From the IMG/VR virus record IMGVR_UViG_3300037963_003542: a stretch of 64,000 nt of DNA. One strand, written 5' to 3'. How positions within the stretch are numbered: position 1 is the stretch's first letter; every line of letters begins with the position of its first letter. Positions 11,381 through 20,200 of the stretch are shown piece by piece. Origin of the DNA: a virus. A model generated the notes under the pieces. It was not told where the DNA came from, searched no databases, and saw nothing but the letters and a program-made list of their open reading frames with translations. A program made the position numbers and the translations under genes.

Positions 11381-11418
11381 AAAGACCTTCCTTATAAATA
11401 ACAAGGAAGGTCTTTTTT
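11381..11418 (+). terminator. Intrinsic terminator with a T4 late promoter in its loop
   Basis: 13-bp stem AAAGACCTTCCTT/AAGGAAGGTCTTT with T-tail; TATAAATA at 11393-11400. Confidence 0.85.
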
Positions 11419-11423
11419 AGTAC

Positions 11424-11762
11424 ATGTCCGCAATTACAATTAATTTAGTGATAGAGCAGGGTACTGATTTCTCAGCGACCTTTACTATCAAGAACTCAGA
11501 TGGTGCTTCTGTAAATCTTCTAGGTTTTACTGCAGAAGCAAAACTGAAGTCTAGCTATTATACAACTAGTGCTGCAACACCATTTGCAGTTACTTTTGCT
11601 GATAGAAGTAAAGGAGTCATTAAGATTAGTTTGACTGACACAGTTACTACTACCCTGAAACCAAGAAGGTATGTTTATGATTTGGTCTTGACTTCTGCGA
11701 GTGGAGTAAAGACTAGATTCATTGAAGGAATTGCAACGGTAACCCCAGGAGTGACAGTATAG
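11424..11762 (+). CDS. Small virion structural protein
   Basis: 112 aa; NLVIEQGTDF...GRYVYD-like...IEGIATVTPGVT pattern seen in cyanomyovirus tail clusters; late promoter upstream. Confidence 0.75.
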   Translation: MSAITINLVIEQGTDFSATFTIKNSDGASVNLLGFTAEAKLKSSYYTTSAATPFAVTFADRSKGVIKISLTDTVTTTLKPRRYVYDLVLTSASGVKTRFIEGIATVTPGVTV

Positions 11763-12466
11763 TGGCCAATTACGAAGTAAGCACTACTAACTTTGACGTT
11801 ACTCAGAACGTTGCCAATGATTATAGTATTGGTCTAAATTATGAAGCGCCATCAAAAGGTATTCAATATCAGAATTTAATTCTGGATGATTTATCTTCTC
11901 AATTTGATGGAGCACAAACCGTATTCCAATTAACAGTTGATGGAGAATCATATACTCCACTAAATGATCAGCAATTGATTGTTTCAGTTGACAATACAAT
12001 TCTTCAACCTGGCGTGGGGTATACGGTATCAAATAATGAGATCACATTTGCTACTGCTCCCGCGAGCACAGCAACACCATTTTTCGGAATTGCACTTGCT
12101 AATACAGCAGATCTGACAAGAACGATTAATTTCGTTGTAGATAATGGTTCAAGACCCATGACTACTGGTAACAAGGGTTATCTGACTATCGATGTTTCGG
12201 GTCAGATTATGTCATGGACTTTGCTTGCAGATGCTGATGGTACATTAGAAGTTGATATTAGAAAATGTACTTTTGATGACTATCCTAATGTAACATCTAT
12301 TTGTGGCGGTAATTTACCAGAACTTAATGCTACAAATAAAAATAGTGACACCAATTTAACGGGATGGAATAAATCCCTAAATGCTGGAGAGATCCTCCAA
12401 TTTGAAGTCATAAATACTACAGTATCACTCAGTAATTTTGCTATCTCTTTGAAAGTAAAATTATAA
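11762..12466 (+). CDS. Virion structural protein
   Basis: 234 aa, GTG start overlapping the upstream stop; LDDLSSQFDG...QQLIVSVDNTILQPG module followed by TINFVVDNGS...GNKGYL module. Confidence 0.7.
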   Translation: MANYEVSTTNFDVTQNVANDYSIGLNYEAPSKGIQYQNLILDDLSSQFDGAQTVFQLTVDGESYTPLNDQQLIVSVDNTILQPGVGYTVSNNEITFATAPASTATPFFGIALANTADLTRTINFVVDNGSRPMTTGNKGYLTIDVSGQIMSWTLLADADGTLEVDIRKCTFDDYPNVTSICGGNLPELNATNKNSDTNLTGWNKSLNAGEILQFEVINTTVSLSNFAISLKVKL

Positions 12467-12469
12467 ATA
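12462..12469 (+). promoter_or_regulatory. T4-type late promoter
   Basis: TATAAATA upstream of the 393-aa gene. Confidence 0.75.
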
Positions 12470-12508
12470 TAAACAGATAAAACAAAACTCCTTGGAGGAA
12501 CACTTTAA

Positions 12509-13690
12509 ATGGCACTTTTAGTACCTAATATTGGTGAGGTCGAGTCACTTCGATATCTTCTTAACTCGACTCATCAAATCCCTAGAAATTTAATTCTGAA
12601 GCTTTTTACTTCAAACACAACTCCTGCTGAAGGTGATGTTCCTTCAGCAACTGCATACTATGAACCATATCGTGATGGTAACACCAACCAGTATGGTCAG
12701 TCTGTAAATACTGGTTATCCTGTTGCTATCAACAACAGAACTGAAGCAAACCAGAACTACACTTCTGCATATGGCATTCTTCTGAATGGTAACCGTTGGG
12801 CTATCACCACTGCTGGTGATCCTGTTGCTTCTGCTACAGGTACAGGTGCTCAAGGTGAGTACACCATGACTGTTGCAAACACAACTGGAACAATTAGCGT
12901 AGGAAACCTCGTCTCTGGTACTGGCGTTGGTTCGGGTGCCAAAGTTTCTAGAGTTTCTGGCAACCTCGTTGTTCTCACCGTTGAGAACTCTGGTGCTGTT
13001 TCTGGAACAGTTAACTTCACTGGTGGAGTAACTACTGCTACATATCCTGAGCAAGAGTTCACTTTTGCTGGTGCTGCTGGTAACGTTTATGGTTACTACC
13101 TGGCTCGTGCCAACAACATGCCTCTTTCCATTCATGGTGTTGTTGACGCTGCTGCTGCTTCTGCTGGAACTGCCCTTACTAAAGGTGATGCTTCCAACCA
13201 GTGTACTGGTGTTGTCGGACAATCCAAGATTCTGCTTCCTAACGTTGCTGGTGTCATGGATGACATCACAGTCGGCATGGTAGTTGGTTCTAACAACGGT
13301 GTTCCTGCAGGAACAGAGATCATCGGTATCGACTATGCTACTAGAGAGATCTATCTCAGTGCTGCTCTGACTGATAACATTCAGGTTGCTACCGACCCTG
13401 CAATTCAACTGTCCTTCAGTAAAGTTACTGCTACTGGACACCAACTGCAAGTCGGTGATGTAATCTACATCGCTCAAGGTACAACCAACTCTGGTACAAC
13501 CGCTGGTACTTACACCGTATTTGAAGTACCCGATGCTAACACTTTCCACACTACACCTGCTCTCGATGGTACTGGTGACCTGAGTCTCTACAGCAGCATC
13601 ATGTTCGCTGAAAGATTCACAAATGGTCCATACCCCATTCAGAACAACGGTGACCAAATCAAGATCACTCTGAACGTCAGCCTCGACTGA
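12509..13690 (+). CDS. Virion structural protein, probably abundant
   Basis: 393 aa; strong SD GGAGG; own late promoter and terminator; codon style resembles gp23. Confidence 0.8.
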   Translation: MALLVPNIGEVESLRYLLNSTHQIPRNLILKLFTSNTTPAEGDVPSATAYYEPYRDGNTNQYGQSVNTGYPVAINNRTEANQNYTSAYGILLNGNRWAITTAGDPVASATGTGAQGEYTMTVANTTGTISVGNLVSGTGVGSGAKVSRVSGNLVVLTVENSGAVSGTVNFTGGVTTATYPEQEFTFAGAAGNVYGYYLARANNMPLSIHGVVDAAAASAGTALTKGDASNQCTGVVGQSKILLPNVAGVMDDITVGMVVGSNNGVPAGTEIIGIDYATREIYLSAALTDNIQVATDPAIQLSFSKVTATGHQLQVGDVIYIAQGTTNSGTTAGTYTVFEVPDANTFHTTPALDGTGDLSLYSSIMFAERFTNGPYPIQNNGDQIKITLNVSLD

Positions 13691-13726
13691 TATATACTAT
13701 ACATCTTGTTCGTTATGCTTTTTTGT

Positions 13727-13751
13727 GGGGGGATTTTGCATCCCCCCTTTT
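13727..13751 (+). terminator. Intrinsic terminator
   Basis: GGGGGGAT-tttgc-ATCCCCCC-TTTT. Confidence 0.8.
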
Positions 13752-13768
13752 AATGACAGGGAGTATTA

Positions 13769-16700
13769 ATGAATACATTCGTCTACGATTCATCACCGTC
13801 AAATATTAATACCTTTACGACGCAGGACTTTGGAAGCATCGGTGATGCTCCAACGGTTACTGCTGACTATGAGATTGCGCGTGATGATATTACCGTAGCC
13901 GAAGGACAGGATCTTATTGTAGATAATGATCTGATCCTATTCGTAGAGTCAACTGCTGATTATGATGAAATTAATTTCACTGAGACTACATATCCATTCG
14001 GGAAGATTACTGTCGGTGGCGGCGAAAGTGCCTCCGCTACCGTAGTATTCATTTCCGTTCCAGAACCAATAAGACTCTACGAGAAAGCGATTGTCGTAAG
14101 AAAACAAGCGTGGACAGGTTCTGGTACATTATTTGAAATTTCTAATGGTCTAGAAAGAATTGCTGCGCCTTATATTGGCGGTTCTGGACCTCTGCGTGTA
14201 TCTGGTAGCGCAACTGTATTGCGCTCTCCTGCACACAACGAATTCTCATTCAAAGCCTATGGCACTGCAGATTATGGCAATCTCGGTGCTGTAGGTTCTT
14301 CTGTTGATCTTGGACAGGTTGATCAAGAATTTACAACCGAGTCTGAATACGGAAGTATTGTTGTCGGTGATGAAGTAAGAGCATCTGGTAGCTTTAGATG
14401 GTCTAGCAACACCGTAACAAAATTAGAAAAAGATTGGACTAAGGTAGGATCTGGATCACTCTTCGGATTATCTGGTGCTGGCGTCGTAGTAGCACAGACC
14501 GATGAGACTACAGGTCTCTTTAAAGTATTTAATAGCACAATTCCAGATGCGTTCTCTAGAATCTATGATGGTTCTGGATCTCTCTTTACTATCTTCACAA
14601 ATGCAGAGAGTAGAACGTTTATCTATAATTCAGAGGCAGTCTTAAGTCTCGATGTAGATCAAATTGATTATGGTGTTGGATTAGGCACCGTATCAGTTAC
14701 AGAAGATTATGGACCTGTAGGCGGAAATAGCACAGGTGATACTGACTATGGTCAGATTGCTGTAAGTGATCTTGTTCCATATGGATCGTTTAGATTCTCT
14801 GGCGGTATAGACGAAGACTTCAGACCAGTTCTGAGAACGTTTGGTCATCAGTCCACTGGTGGATTTAAGGTATCAGGAACTTCTGCAGATCAACTTAATG
14901 AGCCTGCGACTCAGATTTATATTGTAACTGGTAACGAAGTTGATACCAGAACTAAGCATGTATTCACCTTAACTGGTGAAGATAAGACTCTCATTGCCAG
15001 AACATATCATGGCGAAGGTTCACTCTTCAGTATTGGTGATAAGGTAGAAAGAAAAACTTATAATTATAGTTCAAACGAGACCTTAGAAGGTCTTGCAGAT
15101 ATTGATAATGGTAACATTGGAACAACTCCAACAACTACATCTGACTATGGTCAGGTTGCAGGACAGTCTGGTGGAGATACTGATTATGGTGACCTCAGAT
15201 TTGAAGATGGTAATAGGTTTGGAACACTTCACGTTAGTGGTGCTGCTATTACTGCTCCAGATGCACTCAATCTCGGAATTTACATTGCATCTATTGAAGA
15301 ACAAGAATGGTCTGTGGATGGTAAGATCCGTAGAGATTCTCTGTTCTTCAGTGGTGCTGGATCACAAACAGCAGTATTCTCTGAAGTAGGTTCTGGTTCT
15401 CTGTTCAGTATAGTTGGTGGCATCGAAGCTGCTACCTTCTCATACACCAGTGAATCAATCACTCCACTGTCAGATCCAATTTCCTATGGGTCTATTGGAA
15501 CTTCACCTACAGCAAACATCGATCATGGTATTGTAGGTGGCAATACAGTTGGTGATCAGGATTATGGCGAGACTGTACCTGTCACCACTCTCATTCCATT
15601 CGGAACTCTTAATATTGCTGGTGCTGGATCGGATAGAGCAATTCGTAGTATTGTTGGTGAAGGTTCACTATTTACTGCTGGAGGTCTTGTTGAGTCCAAG
15701 AGTAATACTGAGGCGGAAAGCACAGTACTCTTTACCTTCAACGGCGGTGGCGCTGAGAAGCAAGTAGATAATTATGTCGGAACTGGATCTCTATTCCATG
15801 TTGGCGATAAACTCGAAAGAGCTGCATACAGCTATAATGAGTCTGCAATTCTTGAAGTTGCAACTGAAAATGATTATGGATCAATTACTGCTACAGGAAC
15901 ATCTGTAGATTATGGTTCAGTCGGAACCAGTTATACCACAGAAACTGATAATGGTCTGATTATCGACTCTGAGAGAGTAGAACCTTATGGTCTCTTCAGA
16001 ATTTATGGTGCTGCTGCTACGGTCGCATATCAGAGATTCCCATACACAGGTTATGCGAACGTCAGATTCACACATCAACCTCTGCCAACTGATACTAAAT
16101 TCATCCCAGCATATGCTGGTAGCGGAGAATTTACGTTTGAGTGGAATAATAGTGAAGCATATTGTAAGGCAACTTACATTGGTCAGGGTAGACTCTTCAG
16201 TATTGGTGATAAGGTAGAAAGAAATACTTATAGTTATAATACTTCTTCGATAGCCCCACTTGGTTCCAACATTGATTACGGATCAATTGGCAACACTCCT
16301 GGTTCAACTCTTGATTATGGTGCTCCAGCTGGAACATCCACCAGCGCAGAGAATTATGGAGTTATCACTACACTTCCTGGTGATGAGCGTCCACTGGGTC
16401 AACTGTTTGAACTCGTCGGTGCTGCTGAATATGTATTCAAGCCAATTTTTGCTTGGAATCGTCCGAGTCCCCCAATCAAGGTATTCAACGATCAGCAAGA
16501 TCCTGCAGACTTCAGATTCCGTCCTCATTGGAGAGGCGTTACTGTTGGTTCTCCAAAACTTCGCAACGCTCCAGACGGAGAGTTCAATACTTATGCAAGA
16601 ACCAGACCTTTCATTGGCGAAGGTTCACTCTTCAGTATTGGCGACAAGGAAGAAAGAGCAACTTACAGATACAGCTCAACTTCTACAGTTACATTTGAAC

Positions 16701-19700
16701 CTACTGAGGATTATGGAAGCATCACTTCCTCTCCAACAGCAACTGCAGATTATGGTTCTGTAGATCAAGTTGTAACAGGTGGAGAGGGAGATCTTGGCAG
16801 TATTGTCGTTGATGACAATCTCCAACCTCTTACTGGTCTATTCAGAATTTCTGGTGCTGCACCTAAGGTTCAGTTCGTTCGTGGACCTTATGTTGTCAAA
16901 CCAGTTGCTCTTAGAATCTTTAATGAGCAGCAAGATCCTGCAGATTTCACTTTCCGTCCTCATTGGAGATCACGTCCTTACGAACAAGGAAAGCTTACTG
17001 GCGAAGCTGCAACTCCAAGAGCAAGAGATTTCGTTGGTTCTGGTTCACTCTTCCATATCGGTGATAGGGTCGAGAGAAATACTTACAGCTATAACACCTC
17101 CTCTGTATATGAATACAGTGAAATTGGTGATTATGGTGATCTTGGTGCAGTTACATTATCCGAAGATTATGGTTCAGTTGGTACTACCAATACTGCTGAA
17201 CAAGATTATGGTAACCTCACTGCTACAGATTGGGTCTACCCATTCGGACTCTTTGCTGTCAGTGGTTCTGCATCGACCAAAGAAATCAATGTTTATGGTT
17301 ACTATGGTGATGATAATGATCCAGGAACTTCTGGTTCGCTGTTTGCATTCAAGGGTGCTGCTGAGTCCATCACCAGCAATCCTCCTGAGAACACTGTTCT
17401 TTACACATTCGGTTCTGGATATTCTGCCCTTTCATTCAGCAAGGGTAACTACGATGGTTCTGGTTCACTCTTTAACATCGGTGACAGAGTTGAAAAAGCA
17501 GCATACAGCTATAATACTTCTTCCTCTATTGATGATGTTACAGCAGAAGGAGATTATGGATCGATTACAAATACTGCTGGAACAACCGTTGACTATGGTT
17601 CAGTAGATGGTGTAGTTGTTCCTCCAACTGTTGATCATGGTGATCTTATTACTGTACTTGGTGAAGGTGAACCATTTGGTCTCTTCAGAATTTCTGGTGC
17701 TGCCAGCGGTGTACAGGCAATCTTCAGCGAAGTTGGATCTGGTTCACTGTTTACCGCAATCGGAACTTCCGAGTGTGTCGGATTCAACCCACCAGAAGAA
17801 ACCTTCCTCTTCGGATTCACTGGTGGTGCAGTTGAGAAACATGTCGAGAACTATGTTGGTTCTGGACTTATCAAGATTAAGGAAGAGACACCTCTCGCTC
17901 CCAATTCTCACATCAGGTTCCGTCCATGGTGGAGATCCTACGGAGAGATCAATGTATATGGTGAAGTTGATGAGATCTTCAAAGGTTCTTACATTGGTAA
18001 CAAATCTAATGTCAGTCTCCATGTTTATACTCCAAATCCAGGTCAAGAGTGGAGATCTTACAGACCATCTCCTCGTTATGTCAACTCCATCTACGGCAAG
18101 ATCGGTGGTTCTGCATTCGTCAACGGCGACGGTGAAACTCGCAAGATCAATGTTTATGGTTACTATGGTGATGACAGAGATCCTGGAACTTCTGGTTCGC
18201 TGTTCGGATTCGGTGGCGGTGCAGAGTCCAGATCTATTGCACTCGAAACAGACGAGTCAATAACACTCTTCACTGCTTCTGGCGAATCTCAATCTAAATG
18301 GAATCCTGCGTGGACATCACGTCCAGACGGATCACCAAGATTGTCTGGTACTCCAGAACTACAACTTAGATTTAACATCTTCACTAATCCTGAATTCGAG
18401 AAGTTCATCTTTAGTGGTACTCCAGATCTTAAGATCACTCTCAGTCATGTTGGATCTGGTTCACTGTTCAGTGTTGGTGGTGCAAGCGAGATTGTCGGAT
18501 TCAATCCAACAACAGAAACTGCCCTGTTCACCTGGCATGGCAATACAATTGTTGGATTCTCTCTGCTCCACATTGGTTCTGGTTCATTCTCTGCATTTGG
18601 TGGTGCTGCAGAATCTACAACTGTCGAAGTTCCAGACAGCACAGTTCTCTTTATTCCATCAGGTTCTGCTGGTCAATCAACCACCAGAGACTTTATCGGA
18701 GAAGGTTCCACTTCACTCAATGGAAATCTGGTCGAGAGTCAAACTGATGTTTATGTTGGCGAAGGTTCACTCTTCAGTGCTGGTGGTGCCGCCGAAGTAG
18801 TTTCTGTTACCGAAGCAGAAAGCACAGTTCTCTTTACTGCTGCTGGCGGAGAAGACTATTCATTCACCAGATCTGCTGTTGCCGAAGGTGCCACAAACAT
18901 TTATGGTATTGCAGACGAAGGATTTGCAAGACCTTACGCAGGCGAAGGTTCACTCTTCAGTATCGGTGGTGCTTCCGAATCTGCAACTGTCGCAGAAGAA
19001 TCTACTGGACTCTTCACGTTTGAAGGTAATTCAGTACTTGAGATTAGCAAATCGTTCTCTGGTTCTGGATCAATCTTTGGTATCGGCGGTGCAGCAGAGG
19101 CAGTCGCTGTTGCTCCAGAAATCAAGAGTGAAACAAATCTGTACAGATTCAGTGGTATCGCTGCCGAGAAACAAAGCAGCAGATATATCTCTGAAGGTGT
19201 TACTGCTTTCGTATCTGGTTCCGCTGATATCATTGCTGCCAGAATTTACGAAGGCAAAGGTTCTCTGTTTGCTGTTGGCGGAGCTACAGAATCCACCACT
19301 TCCAATCCTCCAGAGAATACAGTTCTCTACACTGTCGAAGGTCGTGGTGTATTCAAGGTCACTTCCGATTATACTGGTTCTGGAACAGAATTTATCAGCG
19401 GTGCTGGTGATGTTACTAGATCTAGAGACTTTGTTGGATCTGGTTCACTCTTCAGTACAAATGGTGCTGCCGAGTCTACCACTATTGCCGTCGAAAGCAT
19501 TCAACTCTTCTCTGCATCTGGAACTGCAGACGAAAGCTTTACGAAAGGTAATTATGATGGTAGTGGTTCTGCCACAGTTTCTGGTGAAGTATCAGACATC
19601 AAACTTACATATGGTAATCAAGTATTCGCATATGTCAGTACTTCGGGCGAACTTGATGAGAGACAAACTGATGCTTACGCTGGTTCAGGTTCCCTGTTTG

Positions 19701-19924
19701 GATACAACGGAGTCGCAGAATCTAGAACGATTGACATCGACACCGTTGAAGAATCTACTTCTGGTGAAGATGTTTCTACAAATCTCTTTACAGTTACTGG
19801 CAATAACCCAGGAAGCGTCACGAGAATTACGCAACCTGGAACCGCTAAGTTTAAACTAACAGGATCTTCCGTAAATGTTCTTATTCTCTTTAGCCCAATT
19901 AGAATCTTTAGCACGATAATATAA
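13769..19924 (+). CDS. Giant repetitive virion structural protein
   Basis: 2051 aa built from DYG triplets and G[SE]GSLFx(I/V)G...E repeats; SD GGGAG. Confidence 0.8.
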   Translation: MNTFVYDSSPSNINTFTTQDFGSIGDAPTVTADYEIARDDITVAEGQDLIVDNDLILFVESTADYDEINFTETTYPFGKITVGGGESASATVVFISVPEPIRLYEKAIVVRKQAWTGSGTLFEISNGLERIAAPYIGGSGPLRVSGSATVLRSPAHNEFSFKAYGTADYGNLGAVGSSVDLGQVDQEFTTESEYGSIVVGDEVRASGSFRWSSNTVTKLEKDWTKVGSGSLFGLSGAGVVVAQTDETTGLFKVFNSTIPDAFSRIYDGSGSLFTIFTNAESRTFIYNSEAVLSLDVDQIDYGVGLGTVSVTEDYGPVGGNSTGDTDYGQIAVSDLVPYGSFRFSGGIDEDFRPVLRTFGHQSTGGFKVSGTSADQLNEPATQIYIVTGNEVDTRTKHVFTLTGEDKTLIARTYHGEGSLFSIGDKVERKTYNYSSNETLEGLADIDNGNIGTTPTTTSDYGQVAGQSGGDTDYGDLRFEDGNRFGTLHVSGAAITAPDALNLGIYIASIEEQEWSVDGKIRRDSLFFSGAGSQTAVFSEVGSGSLFSIVGGIEAATFSYTSESITPLSDPISYGSIGTSPTANIDHGIVGGNTVGDQDYGETVPVTTLIPFGTLNIAGAGSDRAIRSIVGEGSLFTAGGLVESKSNTEAESTVLFTFNGGGAEKQVDNYVGTGSLFHVGDKLERAAYSYNESAILEVATENDYGSITATGTSVDYGSVGTSYTTETDNGLIIDSERVEPYGLFRIYGAAATVAYQRFPYTGYANVRFTHQPLPTDTKFIPAYAGSGEFTFEWNNSEAYCKATYIGQGRLFSIGDKVERNTYSYNTSSIAPLGSNIDYGSIGNTPGSTLDYGAPAGTSTSAENYGVITTLPGDERPLGQLFELVGAAEYVFKPIFAWNRPSPPIKVFNDQQDPADFRFRPHWRGVTVGSPKLRNAPDGEFNTYARTRPFIGEGSLFSIGDKEERATYRYSSTSTVTFEPTEDYGSITSSPTATADYGSVDQVVTGGEGDLGSIVVDDNLQPLTGLFRISGAAPKVQFVRGPYVVKPVALRIFNEQQDPADFTFRPHWRSRPYEQGKLTGEAATPRARDFVGSGSLFHIGDRVERNTYSYNTSSVYEYSEIGDYGDLGAVTLSEDYGSVGTTNTAEQDYGNLTATDWVYPFGLFAVSGSASTKEINVYGYYGDDNDPGTSGSLFAFKGAAESITSNPPENTVLYTFGSGYSALSFSKGNYDGSGSLFNIGDRVEKAAYSYNTSSSIDDVTAEGDYGSITNTAGTTVDYGSVDGVVVPPTVDHGDLITVLGEGEPFGLFRISGAASGVQAIFSEVGSGSLFTAIGTSECVGFNPPEETFLFGFTGGAVEKHVENYVGSGLIKIKEETPLAPNSHIRFRPWWRSYGEINVYGEVDEIFKGSYIGNKSNVSLHVYTPNPGQEWRSYRPSPRYVNSIYGKIGGSAFVNGDGETRKINVYGYYGDDRDPGTSGSLFGFGGGAESRSIALETDESITLFTASGESQSKWNPAWTSRPDGSPRLSGTPELQLRFNIFTNPEFEKFIFSGTPDLKITLSHVGSGSLFSVGGASEIVGFNPTTETALFTWHGNTIVGFSLLHIGSGSFSAFGGAAESTTVEVPDSTVLFIPSGSAGQSTTRDFIGEGSTSLNGNLVESQTDVYVGEGSLFSAGGAAEVVSVTEAESTVLFTAAGGEDYSFTRSAVAEGATNIYGIADEGFARPYAGEGSLFSIGGASESATVAEESTGLFTFEGNSVLEISKSFSGSGSIFGIGGAAEAVAVAPEIKSETNLYRFSGIAAEKQSSRYISEGVTAFVSGSADIIAARIYEGKGSLFAVGGATESTTSNPPENTVLYTVEGRGVFKVTSDYTGSGTEFISGAGDVTRSRDFVGSGSLFSTNGAAESTTIAVESIQLFSASGTADESFTKGNYDGSGSATVSGEVSDIKLTYGNQVFAYVSTSGELDERQTDAYAGSGSLFGYNGVAESRTIDIDTVEESTSGEDVSTNLFTVTGNNPGSVTRITQPGTAKFKLTGSSVNVLILFSPIRIFSTII

Positions 19925-19931
19925 TAATTCT

Positions 19932-19939
19932 TATAAATA
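19932..19939 (+). promoter_or_regulatory. T4-type late promoter
   Basis: TATAAATA 32 nt before the 62-aa gene. Confidence 0.75.
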
Positions 19940-19970
19940 AAAGAAGAAAAACTCCCGTTTAGGTAACGAC

Positions 19971-20159
19971 ATGACTACTCAAGTACAGTTTCGTAGAGGT
20001 ACTACTCTACAACATGAAACTTTTACTGGCGCAGAAGGTGAAATCACCGTTGACACTGATAAGAATACTTTAGTTGTTCACGATGGTTCATTGGCTGGCG
20101 GTTATGAAGTTGCGTCTAAACGACTACTTATGGCAATGACCACTGCTATGGGCATCTGA
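19971..20159 (+). CDS. Stand-alone Mtd N-terminal-like (fibre anchor) mini-protein
   Basis: 62 aa; QFRRGTT...FTGAEGEITVDTDKNTLVVHDG...GG matches the major-tropism-determinant N-terminal motif; hydrophobic C-terminus LLMAMTTAMGI. Confidence 0.75.
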   Translation: MTTQVQFRRGTTLQHETFTGAEGEITVDTDKNTLVVHDGSLAGGYEVASKRLLMAMTTAMGI

Positions 20160-20200
20160 TGCTTTTTACCGTAAACATCATTAAGGATAATTAACTAAAA

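Noticed and set aside
12644-13657. 337-aa antisense ORF
   Set aside because: Lies fully opposite a well-supported, strongly codon-biased gene; such bias removes stops on the other strand; no SD, promoter or motif.
14200-19800. Recurrent 20-50 nt repeats resembling a CRISPR-like array
   Set aside because: All are in-frame coding repeats with irregular spacing of hundreds of nt; no cas genes.
15093-19859. Long same-strand alternative-frame ORFs inside the 2051-aa gene (275, 215, 326 aa and others)
   Set aside because: Leu/Val/Met-rich off-frame reading of GGT/ACT/TCT-rich codons; no slippery site seen to support frameshifting.
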